Positions 1 through 8,612 of a stretch of DNA of 64,000 bases are shown in pieces. The notes beneath the pieces were generated by a model that made no database searches, was not told where the DNA came from, and saw only the letters and a program-made list of their open reading frames with translations. Numbering within the stretch: position 1 is the first letter of the stretch; each line of letters opens with the position of its first letter. The stretch is from Candidatus Latescibacterota bacterium (GTDB lineage Bacteria; Latescibacterota; UBA2968; UBA8231): positions 3,296,001 to 3,360,000 of the forward strand of contig CBDCDC010000002.1 in assembly GCA_965215195.1 (NCBI GenBank). Direction: 5' to 3'. The position numbers were made by a program, and so were the translations under genes.

Positions 1-1
1 C

Positions 2-2758
2 AACGCACGCACGGGGGTAGCATCGACGCGCGAATTTGGCGCTAAGGACAAAATCGCATTCCCGCTGTACGACTACGTCCAGCGCGTCGGCGTCAGCCGG
101 GTGGGTTCCAACGAGGCCCTAGCCCCCCACATTGTCGATGGCGACCGCACCACCTTTTGGGAACCGGATTTAGCGGCCACTCCAGACACGTGGTGGATCG
201 AAATCGACTTGGGCCGCGCGGTCGTGGTCGAGAAGGTCGTGCTGCACTTTGTCGATGAAACCTTGGGCGACCCCTTTCGCCAGTTCCGCGTCATGCTAGC
301 CCCCCAGCAAAAGCTCATTCAAGCCCAAAGCCGCGTACTCCAGTTCAAGGTGGTCGGCCAAACCCGGGCGCCCAATACGGACCAGCGGACCATGGCGTTT
401 TCTTCCGCGGACACGCCCGGCTTTTCCGAAGACGACGACGGCCGCACCGAGTGGACCGGCCGCATGGCCCAGACCGTGCGCATTCTCATCGGCGACAGCA
501 AGCTGGGGCGGGCACACCCAACCGACGAAGCCGCGTGGGAGGCCCTGCCGGCCGGCGAACGAGGCGATGTGCTCTACTACATCCGCGACGACGCCGGCTT
601 TGAAGAGCCAGTGGAGCAGGCCATTTACGAGAGCCTTCCCCAACAACAGCAGGGCCGCAAAGAGTACTATATCCGCGAGCGGCCCCGGCTGGCCGAAGTC
701 GAGGTCTGGGGCTGGGGCGACAACCTCTCGCCTAAGCTAATTGACGGCGGCGGCAGCGTTAGCTTTACCGGGCCGGAAGCCCCGGCTGGGGGCTTTGACG
801 GCGACTGGAACACCACCTTCCGCATGCCGGCGTGGTTTAGTACCAACCCCACCGCTGGCATTCTCACCGTTGATATTGGCGCCCGCGTCTGGCTCGACGC
901 CATGCGCTTGGCCGTTCCCTTTATCCCCGGCTACATTGCCGAGGCGGCCGATGGCAGCCGCGATCCCAACGGCCGGCTGCGCTGGCGACAGATCAGCCTA
1001 CCCGACCGCATGGAAGGGGGATTCACGCGCGCCGCCGACCTCTTTGACCCACCCCTAGATATCCGCTTCCTCAACCTGCGCCTGCCGGGCATCGCGCGGA
1101 CTTCGGGCTTTTTCTACGACCTGACCGAAGTCCTGCTCTACACCGAGGGGTTTGTCAGCCAAGCCGCGCTGGTGTCCGATATCATTCGCCTGCCGGGACC
1201 GCGCAACTTTGGTGCCATCCGCTGGGATCCGCCCCCCGGCACCCAGCCGCCCGGCACGACAGCCGAAGTGCGGACGCGCACCGGCGATCTGCTGGTGCAG
1301 CAAATTCGCCATTTCGACGTCAACGGCAACGAGAAAACCAAAGAAGAGTGGGACAAGCTGATCAGCAGTTGGAAGGGGCCTATCGACACTACCTTTGCCC
1401 TCGGCAGCGGCTGGAGTCCTTGGAGCCAGCAGTACCTCCAGCCGGGCGACCGGGTCCGTTCCCCCGGGCTGCGCAATTACATGCAGTTACAAGTGCGCTT
1501 TACCAGCCAAGATCGCCTGCAAGCTGCCTCAATCAGGTCAATCGAAGTAGAGCTGGCCCCGCCAGTGGCCCGCGCCCTCACGGCCGAAGTATGGCCCACC
1601 CAAGCCGCTGTCGGCCGCTTGGACACGTTCGACCTGTATCTGCGTCCGGTATTCATAGACGAGCCGGCGGCCGACCACACCCCGGGCTTTGACGAAATCC
1701 TCCTACAAGCTCCTCCCGGGCTCGCGCTGCACCTGTTGAGCCTAAGCATGGGGACCGAGGAAGAACTAGGCCGCGGAAACCCTTCGCAGACATTTGCCCT
1801 AGCAGCCGCTGGCCACCTGACCGACGCCGCTGGGGCCGTCGCCCAAGTGCGGCGCAACCACGCCGACTCTATCTGGGTCCTGCTGCCCCAACTACACCAG
1901 ACCCTACCGGCCGGGCAGGCGGTCCAGACCTATCACCGCATCACCCCCCAAGGGGCCGAAGTCGTAGTTGGCGAGGACGGCGACCCAATCACCGAGGCGG
2001 CCTACGGCCTGCTCACCGAGGCCGAGCGCGGAGCTATTCTCTTTTTGCGGCAGACCGCCGACGGCTTGGAAGCGGTTTCTGGCCGCGCCCAGTACGAGGC
2101 TCTGTCCCCAGCCGAACAAGGGCCGATTCGCTACTTTCGCAAATTGCGCGGCGGCGGGGCCCAATCGCCCTTTGACGCCTTGGGCGACTCCCTGACGCGC
2201 GCAGCCTACCGCGCTCTGCCCCCAGCCGAACGCGGGGCCGTGTTGGGGCAAGGCCGCCTGCTCCACTTGCGCTTTGCCGCGGCTGTCTTTCGCAACGGAA
2301 CCACGTTTAAGCCTTTTGTGCGCCGCGCTGCCGCCGGCGCCAACGGCAACTTGTGGCAGCAAGTAGATCCAGGCGACGCCACTTCCCTGACGGACAGCCG
2401 CCAACTGACCCTGAGCGTCCCGGTGGGGGGGCAAGTCCTCGGCGACCTGAGCTTGGCCCCCAACCCCTTTACGCCCAACGGCGATGGGGTCAACGACGAA
2501 CTGGTGGTCGCGTTTTCCATCTTCCAAGTGACCCAAGCGCGCCAAGCGCGTCTGCGCCTCTACTCGCTGGACGGACGCCTAGTATGGGAAAACAGCGCCC
2601 AAGTGGCAGGCGGGGCTCAGCAAATCCGCTGGAACGGCCGCGATGCGGCTGGCCGCACCGTGCCCATGGGACTCTATATATGCCGGATTGATTTCGAGGC
2701 CGATTCGCACCGCGCCACCGACCCGGCCTTGGCCCGCATCGTGGCCGTAGTCTATTAG
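2..2758 (+). CDS. Secreted discoidin (F5/8 type C-like) + FlgD-Ig / T9SS type-B-like CTD protein, 5'-truncated by window edge
   Basis: Frame is open from base 2, upstream of the GTG at 101. Motifs: VDGDRTTFW..WIEIDLGR..V.KVVL and LAEVEVWG (discoidin-like); C-terminal PNPFTPNGDGVND...LYSLDGRLV...WNGRDAAGRTVPMGLY ending IVAVVY. Confidence 0.8.
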   Translation, partial: NARTGVASTREFGAKDKIAFPLYDYVQRVGVSRVGSNEALAPHIVDGDRTTFWEPDLAATPDTWWIEIDLGRAVVVEKVVLHFVDETLGDPFRQFRVMLAPQQKLIQAQSRVLQFKVVGQTRAPNTDQRTMAFSSADTPGFSEDDDGRTEWTGRMAQTVRILIGDSKLGRAHPTDEAAWEALPAGERGDVLYYIRDDAGFEEPVEQAIYESLPQQQQGRKEYYIRERPRLAEVEVWGWGDNLSPKLIDGGGSVSFTGPEAPAGGFDGDWNTTFRMPAWFSTNPTAGILTVDIGARVWLDAMRLAVPFIPGYIAEAADGSRDPNGRLRWRQISLPDRMEGGFTRAADLFDPPLDIRFLNLRLPGIARTSGFFYDLTEVLLYTEGFVSQAALVSDIIRLPGPRNFGAIRWDPPPGTQPPGTTAEVRTRTGDLLVQQIRHFDVNGNEKTKEEWDKLISSWKGPIDTTFALGSGWSPWSQQYLQPGDRVRSPGLRNYMQLQVRFTSQDRLQAASIRSIEVELAPPVARALTAEVWPTQAAVGRLDTFDLYLRPVFIDEPAADHTPGFDEILLQAPPGLALHLLSLSMGTEEELGRGNPSQTFALAAAGHLTDAAGAVAQVRRNHADSIWVLLPQLHQTLPAGQAVQTYHRITPQGAEVVVGEDGDPITEAAYGLLTEAERGAILFLRQTADGLEAVSGRAQYEALSPAEQGPIRYFRKLRGGGAQSPFDALGDSLTRAAYRALPPAERGAVLGQGRLLHLRFAAAVFRNGTTFKPFVRRAAAGANGNLWQQVDPGDATSLTDSRQLTLSVPVGGQVLGDLSLAPNPFTPNGDGVNDELVVAFSIFQVTQARQARLRLYSLDGRLVWENSAQVAGGAQQIRWNGRDAAGRTVPMGLYICRIDFEADSHRATDPALARIVAVVY

Positions 2759-2782
2759 TTTACACCAGTCAAAGGGAACATT

Positions 2783-5446
2783 ATGGAAGCAATAAGGCGA
2801 AATACCGCGTCTGTCTTGGTGGTCTTGAGCTGCTTGCTAAGCCCGGCCCACAGCCAAACACCCGACTATGGCACGCGGCTGGGCGTCCCCCGCGGGAGCG
2901 GCGAGACCAGCTATGCCCCTTATGGCCCGGGCGTCCTCTTCGACGCGCTGGACCCGGCCGTCAAAAAGTGGTACGTGCCGCAGGAGCTGTACAACGAATA
3001 CCGCTGGCGCCAGTGGGAGTACAGCAACTACGCCCGCAACCAGTACCAACGCTACGTCGATATCCAGCTAGAGGGCGACTACTACTACGACCTATTTGGC
3101 AATGCCATCACCCGCGGCTGGCTCATCTTTAGCAACTCCCAGACCCAGCCGCGGCAATTTGGCAGCTCGCTGGTCAAGGCCACTCGCTTTAATAACTGGT
3201 TTTCGGGCGTGGCTATTGCCTCGGACAGCAAGGGCCAGTACCACTACGCCCTGACCGTGTCGAATCGCCTGCGCACCACGCTCACTCCCATGAGCTTTTC
3301 CAAACCCTCTTGGGACGGAGTCCAGTTTGACATGGCTACCGACAAGTACCAAGGCACCGTCATCTACTCGCGCCTTAGTTCGCCCGGCGGGGCCTCAACC
3401 GACAACACCGAGATTCTCACCACCAACCTCACCACCCTCATGGGCGGCCGGGCCACCGCCCAGATCGGCGACTTCACCCAAGTCGGTGCTCACTTCGTCA
3501 ACACCCACCAGTCCAATACCCTGCGCGACGGCTTTAAGGGCAACCCCATTGCCGGGGCCTTGACGGTTGACCAGACCCAGACCGTTTCCTTCATCGAACT
3601 GGTCCTGCGCGACGACTCGCCCGCCGATGGCAGCGGTGGTGCCGCCTTCTTCCCGGTGGGTTCGGACATCATCATTACCTACAACGACGGCACCGTGGAC
3701 CGCGGCCGGGAAATCCGCTTTGAACCAGCCAGCCAAGGGGGGTTCGTCCAAGAGGGCTTCATCTCGGCCGATGGCACCGAAGAGATCCGCCTGCTCTACG
3801 ACTTCGACACGCCGGCCTTCGTCAACCGAGCTTCGGGCCCCAAAGAAGAAATCGCCCAAGTCGAGTTCGAGCTGACCATTGGCAACGACTATCAGGTGTG
3901 GATGACCTCCAACAACCAGACCAATCGCAGCGGCGAGCCCGTGCTGCTGCTGGTGGCACAGGCCGAGGGCAATGTGCAGGACAACACCAACCTCCGCATC
4001 CTCAAATTCGAGTACGGCCTGCCTACGGCGACGCAAATTGTCGGGGCCACCCTAGAGCTGCGGGACGTGGCCGGCTTCAACTTTTACGGCGAGTACGATC
4101 TGAGTGTAGCCTACCGCAAATACCCCAGCGTGACGCGGACCAGCCACACCACTGCGGCGGGCGTGGCCGGGGAGCAGGTCGAGCCCGCGTGGATGGTCAA
4201 CCTGTCCAAGGTGGCCCATCCGTGGTTCTTTTTTGGCGAAGCGTACAGCATGGATCCGCTCTACAACACCCGCACCTTTGTCACCGGTTCGGCCGGCAAT
4301 ATCGACTACGAAAACGAGCGCTTCCACGTGGTGGAGCTGGTAGAGGACAACGACGACCAAGACCGCGCACCCGACCTAGTGCGCGCCGATTCCCAAGCCG
4401 GCGACCGCCGGGTCTTCCCCGGCTGGGACGAGAACTACGACTTCATCTCGGACTTCAACCAAAACGACAACCTAACCATCTCCAACGGCATCCCCGACTA
4501 CGACGAAGCCTTTCTCAGGCACCGCGTCGACCGACCCGACTTCCTCTACGGGATCGACATGAACAACAATCTGTGGGTCGACCGCTTTGAAAACGACGAA
4601 TCCCCAGACTACCCCTATCAGAAAGACCGCCGCGGTTTCAACGCATATATGGGATACCGGCTGACCCCGGACATCCGCTTGACCATCGGCCACCTGCGCG
4701 AGGAACTGATCTCGGCCGACAAGCGCAACCACACTTCCTACGCCCTGTTCGGCCTAGACCGGGACGATCCCCAACAAGGGCGCTTGCGCTTTATGCAGAT
4801 GGTCAAGCTGGCCCAAGACAACATCCCGGACGACCTGCTCCAGTGGTTCCCGGAAAACACCCAGCGCGATGGCCAGCTCCAAAAAGTGGTAGATCCCCTT
4901 TTGGCCCAAGACACTTGGATCAATACCACTTGGCTGGGACACACGTACAACCGCGGCGGCTTGGAGGCGTACAACTATCTCAACTTGGAGCTTTTCCACC
5001 AGCGCGACGACGCGGCCTTGCGCGAGACGGACTCCTTTTTTGGCGTCATCAACAAGCTCAGCTACCGCTACGATCTGGGCACTGTCCAACTCGAGCCGCG
5101 CTGGAAAAGCGAATATCGCCGCCAGACCGTGGGGCTGTTCACGGCCGACGAGGAGACGGTGCTGACCGAGATACTGGGGTTCCTCTTGGGGTTTCCCATC
5201 CTCAACAACACTCGCATTCAAACCGGGATCGAGTACTCTTTCGCCAACGACATGAAGCGCGACAACAACGATTTCACCGGGGTCGCCGGGGCCTTGCAGC
5301 TAGCCAATGTGAGTTCCTACTTGGGCTACGAGGTATCCGCCCAAGTGGGGCTCAAAGCAGATTGGCGCGACTTCAAAAGCATTGAACGCGAATCGGAAAT
5401 CCTGACCCAAGGCTTTATCACCCTATATGCTGGCTTGGGCAAATAG
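2783..5446 (+). CDS. Conserved ~890-aa secreted, possibly outer-membrane protein; paralog of 58254-60923
   Basis: Signal peptide (..LLSPAHS/Q). Long blocks near-identical to the paralog (GPGVLFDALDPAVKKWYVPQELY.EY.WRQWEYSNYAR). Asp/Asn-rich DENxDFISDFNQND and DMNNNxWxDRFEND motifs; C-terminal amphipathic beta-strands. Confidence 0.75.
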   Translation: MEAIRRNTASVLVVLSCLLSPAHSQTPDYGTRLGVPRGSGETSYAPYGPGVLFDALDPAVKKWYVPQELYNEYRWRQWEYSNYARNQYQRYVDIQLEGDYYYDLFGNAITRGWLIFSNSQTQPRQFGSSLVKATRFNNWFSGVAIASDSKGQYHYALTVSNRLRTTLTPMSFSKPSWDGVQFDMATDKYQGTVIYSRLSSPGGASTDNTEILTTNLTTLMGGRATAQIGDFTQVGAHFVNTHQSNTLRDGFKGNPIAGALTVDQTQTVSFIELVLRDDSPADGSGGAAFFPVGSDIIITYNDGTVDRGREIRFEPASQGGFVQEGFISADGTEEIRLLYDFDTPAFVNRASGPKEEIAQVEFELTIGNDYQVWMTSNNQTNRSGEPVLLLVAQAEGNVQDNTNLRILKFEYGLPTATQIVGATLELRDVAGFNFYGEYDLSVAYRKYPSVTRTSHTTAAGVAGEQVEPAWMVNLSKVAHPWFFFGEAYSMDPLYNTRTFVTGSAGNIDYENERFHVVELVEDNDDQDRAPDLVRADSQAGDRRVFPGWDENYDFISDFNQNDNLTISNGIPDYDEAFLRHRVDRPDFLYGIDMNNNLWVDRFENDESPDYPYQKDRRGFNAYMGYRLTPDIRLTIGHLREELISADKRNHTSYALFGLDRDDPQQGRLRFMQMVKLAQDNIPDDLLQWFPENTQRDGQLQKVVDPLLAQDTWINTTWLGHTYNRGGLEAYNYLNLELFHQRDDAALRETDSFFGVINKLSYRYDLGTVQLEPRWKSEYRRQTVGLFTADEETVLTEILGFLLGFPILNNTRIQTGIEYSFANDMKRDNNDFTGVAGALQLANVSSYLGYEVSAQVGLKADWRDFKSIERESEILTQGFITLYAGLGK

Positions 5447-7664
5447 GGCGCGGGCGCTGCACTGGCCCAAGCTGGCGGCCTTAGCTGTCTTGGCCCTAGG
5501 TCTGCGCTTGGGCTACCTGTTCCAAGCCACCGACAGTCCCTTTTTCGACGCGCCGATTGTAGATGCCCGCAGCTATACCGAATACGCCCGCGAACTGGCG
5601 GCCGGCTCTTGGGCTGGGCGTCCGATGCCGTTCTGGCAGGCCCCTTTTTACCCGTATTTCCTAGGCGTTCTCTTTTCTCTTTTTGGCGAAAACTACTACC
5701 TGCCGCGGCTACTCCAAGCCTTGGCCGGCACGGCCACCTGCCTGATCGTCTTCAAGCTAGGCCGCGAGACCTTTTCGCCGGCGGTGGGCTGGGTAGCTGC
5801 CCTAGGCGCGGCCCTGTACGGCCCCTTCCTCTACTTTGAGGGCGAACTTTTGCCCACGACTTGGGCCGTGCTTTTCGCCGCGGTGCTGCTGTTGGTCTTG
5901 TTGTGGGGCCAGCGCCGCGGCGGCGCACTTCCCGCGCTTGTCGCCGGACTCGTCCTAGGGCTGGGCACCTTGGCCGTGCCGAATGTGTTGCTCTTTGCGC
6001 CAGTAGCGGCTTGGTGGGTGTACCGCTGGTGGCCCCGCTGCCGCGGGCTCCACCTGGCGGTCTTTGCGGCCGGCCTGCTGCTGGTGGTAGGCCCGGTGAC
6101 CCTGCGCAACCGCATCGTCGGCGGCGAGTGGGTGCTCATCTCCTTCAACGCGGGCGTCAACTTCTACCTCGGCAACAACCCAGACTACGACCGCACCACA
6201 GCGGCGCGGCCCGGCGCGGGGTGGAGCGATGTGATCGACTTGCCTCAGCGCGAGGCCGGCATCACCCAGCCGGGCGCCGGTTCGAGCTACCTTTTGGGCA
6301 AATCTTGGGAGTATATACGCACCGAGCCGAGCAGCTATTTGGCCCTGCTTTTGCACAAGGGCTATCTGTTTTGGCACGGAGCCGAGATCCCCCGCAATAG
6401 TGATCCGTACTCCGCCGCTGAGTACTCGCCGCTGTTGCGCCTTTTGCTGTGGAAGTACGGGCTCGCGTTTCCCTTTGGCTTGGTCTCGGCCCTCGCCCTG
6501 CTCGGGGTGGCCTATGTCCTGCTCAAACCGGAACGCCGCACCCCAGCGGCCTATCTCGTCTTGCTCTTTGCCGGAGTCTATATGCTGTCGGTGGTGTTGT
6601 TTTTCGTCACGGGCCGCTACCGCTTGCCAGCCGTGCCTTGTCTCTTGCTGCTGGCCGCCTATGGCGCTTGCACTTTGGCTGGTTTGCGCCACAGACCCTT
6701 GTATCTGTCGGCTGGTGCCCTCGCCTTGCTGCTGTTGGCGACCAACGCCGGGACCGCGGCGACCAGCCCGCACGTGGCGGCTTTCCACCACTACTCGTTG
6801 GCGGCCGTCTATGAGAGCAAAGGCATGAAGACCAACGCCTTGCAGCACTACCGCCGTGCAGTTGAACTAGCCCCGGCTCACGACCGCGCCCTCCTCGGCC
6901 TAGCCCATATGTACGGGGCGACCCAGCGCTACGATGACGCTGCCCACACGTGGCGGCAATTCCTCGACCACTATCCCGACCAAGACGACGTCCGCCTCCA
7001 GCTAGCGGATTTTCTTCGGCTGCGGGGCCAACCCCAAGAGGCGGCGGCCGAGTACCAAAAGCTCCTAGTGCGGCAACCAGCCCAAGCCCACCTGTACCTC
7101 CGCCTCGGTCGGGCCGAAGCCGCGGCCGGCCGGCCGCAGCAAGCCGAAGCGGCCTATCTCCGCGCACTCGAACTGGACTCCCATGCGGCGTACTACCTGC
7201 TAGGTCAGCTATACGAAGGCCAAGGCCAGTCCGAGCGCGCCGAACAAGCCTATCGGCAGCTAGTAGCCCGTCAACCCGACCATCTCGCCGGGCTGTGCCA
7301 TTTGGCCGATCTGCTCCTAAAGCGGGGGGACGCGGAAGCAGCCAAAGGCCATTTGCTCGCGGCGCTGGTGCTCGAGCCCGACAACGCGCACGCCTTGCGC
7401 AGCATGGGGACCTTAGAGGCCAACCAAGGTCAGTACCGCCAAGCTCTCCAGCGCTTTGAGCGCATCTTGCAACACCACCCCGGCGATCTCCAAGCCCGTC
7501 GTGCCCTATCTCATCTTCTGCTCAAAATGGGTCAACGCGCACGCGCCGATGCCGAGTACGCCCGCTACCAGCACCTAAAGCGGCAGCAGCGCATGCAGCA
7601 ACAGACGTTGGAAAAAACCAAGGAGCTAGCCGACCAACTGCGGCAGATGTTCAAAGCGCCCTAG
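5427..7664 (+). CDS. GT-C fold membrane glycosyltransferase (PMT/ArnT-like, family 39/83) with C-terminal TPR repeats
   Basis: VDARSY...PFWQAPFYPYFL, many TM segments, ISFNAGVNFYLGNNP, GRYRLP, followed by multiple TPR helices. Confidence 0.8.
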   Translation: MLAWANRARALHWPKLAALAVLALGLRLGYLFQATDSPFFDAPIVDARSYTEYARELAAGSWAGRPMPFWQAPFYPYFLGVLFSLFGENYYLPRLLQALAGTATCLIVFKLGRETFSPAVGWVAALGAALYGPFLYFEGELLPTTWAVLFAAVLLLVLLWGQRRGGALPALVAGLVLGLGTLAVPNVLLFAPVAAWWVYRWWPRCRGLHLAVFAAGLLLVVGPVTLRNRIVGGEWVLISFNAGVNFYLGNNPDYDRTTAARPGAGWSDVIDLPQREAGITQPGAGSSYLLGKSWEYIRTEPSSYLALLLHKGYLFWHGAEIPRNSDPYSAAEYSPLLRLLLWKYGLAFPFGLVSALALLGVAYVLLKPERRTPAAYLVLLFAGVYMLSVVLFFVTGRYRLPAVPCLLLLAAYGACTLAGLRHRPLYLSAGALALLLLATNAGTAATSPHVAAFHHYSLAAVYESKGMKTNALQHYRRAVELAPAHDRALLGLAHMYGATQRYDDAAHTWRQFLDHYPDQDDVRLQLADFLRLRGQPQEAAAEYQKLLVRQPAQAHLYLRLGRAEAAAGRPQQAEAAYLRALELDSHAAYYLLGQLYEGQGQSERAEQAYRQLVARQPDHLAGLCHLADLLLKRGDAEAAKGHLLAALVLEPDNAHALRSMGTLEANQGQYRQALQRFERILQHHPGDLQARRALSHLLLKMGQRARADAEYARYQHLKRQQRMQQQTLEKTKELADQLRQMFKAP

Positions 7665-7682
7665 GGGATGCCCTTGCCGAAA

Positions 7683-8179
7683 TCACCTCTCTCGCCCACG
7701 CACGGCGAGGCGATACTTCTGATTTTTCGCGGTGGGCGATTCGGGGCGCGTCATTTCCACTAGCCCTGCGGACAGGGCCGGGCGAAGGTAGTTTTTGCGG
7801 AATGTGGGACGATGTGACAACCCCAGTGCCGCCATCAGTTCGGCGGCCGTTTTTGGACCGGTCCGCAAAGTCGCAAGCAGCCGCGCTACTTGGTCGCTTA
7901 CTTGGTCGCTTACTTGGTCGCTTACTTGGTCGCTTACTGTAGGTGTCTGAAGTTCAGCGGCGCGACAACGGGCTTGCCATCGAGAATGGTGGAAACTTGC
8001 TCCTCGCTGAGGATATTGCCTTCAATGGCCAGCGATCCGCAAACGGTGAGGATGCGATTGATTCGCCGCAGGCGCAAATCCTGCACAATGTCTGTCGCCC
8101 GGCCAATCGCCTCCCCGATTTCTTCAATGAGAAAAAGGGTATCCGACGCGATTGTGTATGGTGGTTTTTCAATTTTCAT
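7683..8179 (-). pseudogene. Fic family protein remnant (N-terminus plus C-terminal HTH; catalytic core missing, frameshifted)
   Basis: LRLRRINRILT..GSLAIEGNILSEEQV..ILDGKPV is joined out of frame to (SDQV)4-ARLL...LGLSHRPTFRKNYLRPAL..GLVEMT.P...KNQKYRL. No HPFxDGNGR motif. Confidence 0.8.
7887..7938. repeat. 12-bp tandem repeat TACTTGGTCGCT x4.3 (encodes SDQV repeats on the - strand)
   Basis: Read directly from the sequence; xDQV linker repeats are common before the C-terminal HTH of Fic proteins. Confidence 0.95.
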
Positions 8180-8218
8180 CTTCCATGCTCTGCCCGTGCC
8201 TCAGACCACAGCCGATGT

Positions 8219-8612
8219 TCAAAGTGCGCCAAGGCGGCAAGACCCTGTGCCGCAACCCCGCCTAGTCTCTCCTAATGTCCGGCAGGTCGGCAACAGCAAT
8301 GTCCTGAATGACGTTGGATTTGGAAAAGCCGTATCTGGATCGCAGGCTGTTGTTGCATCGGGAGCGCAATCAGCACCGTGCCGTTTCTTCTGCATACCGA
8401 CGAATAGATCGGCGAAATCCTGAATCTCGTCTGGAAATTTTGCGATGATGCTGGCGTTCGCAGCGTTGTCGTACGGGACCATGCTGTAATGCCCAGCCAC
8501 CGAAACAGGCCGCTAGGCAGTGGAACAGCGCATAGTACGTCGTGCTGACGGCGCGGCGGAGGTTCGCCTCTACCCACTTCAAACGCTTCTTTCGTAATTC
8601 TTCTATGTTCAT
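8219..8612 (-). pseudogene. Frameshifted HEPN-like protein remnant with an unrelated 17-aa N-terminus
   Basis: LRRAVSTTYYALFHCLA..ALQHGPVRQRC in one frame; FPDEIQDFADLFVGMQKKRHGAD in another frame. Confidence 0.6.

Noticed and set aside
7887-7938. Tandem repeat as a CRISPR array or phase-variation tract
   Set aside because: 12-bp units with no spacers; they encode the SDQV linker of a Fic remnant, and no cas genes are present.
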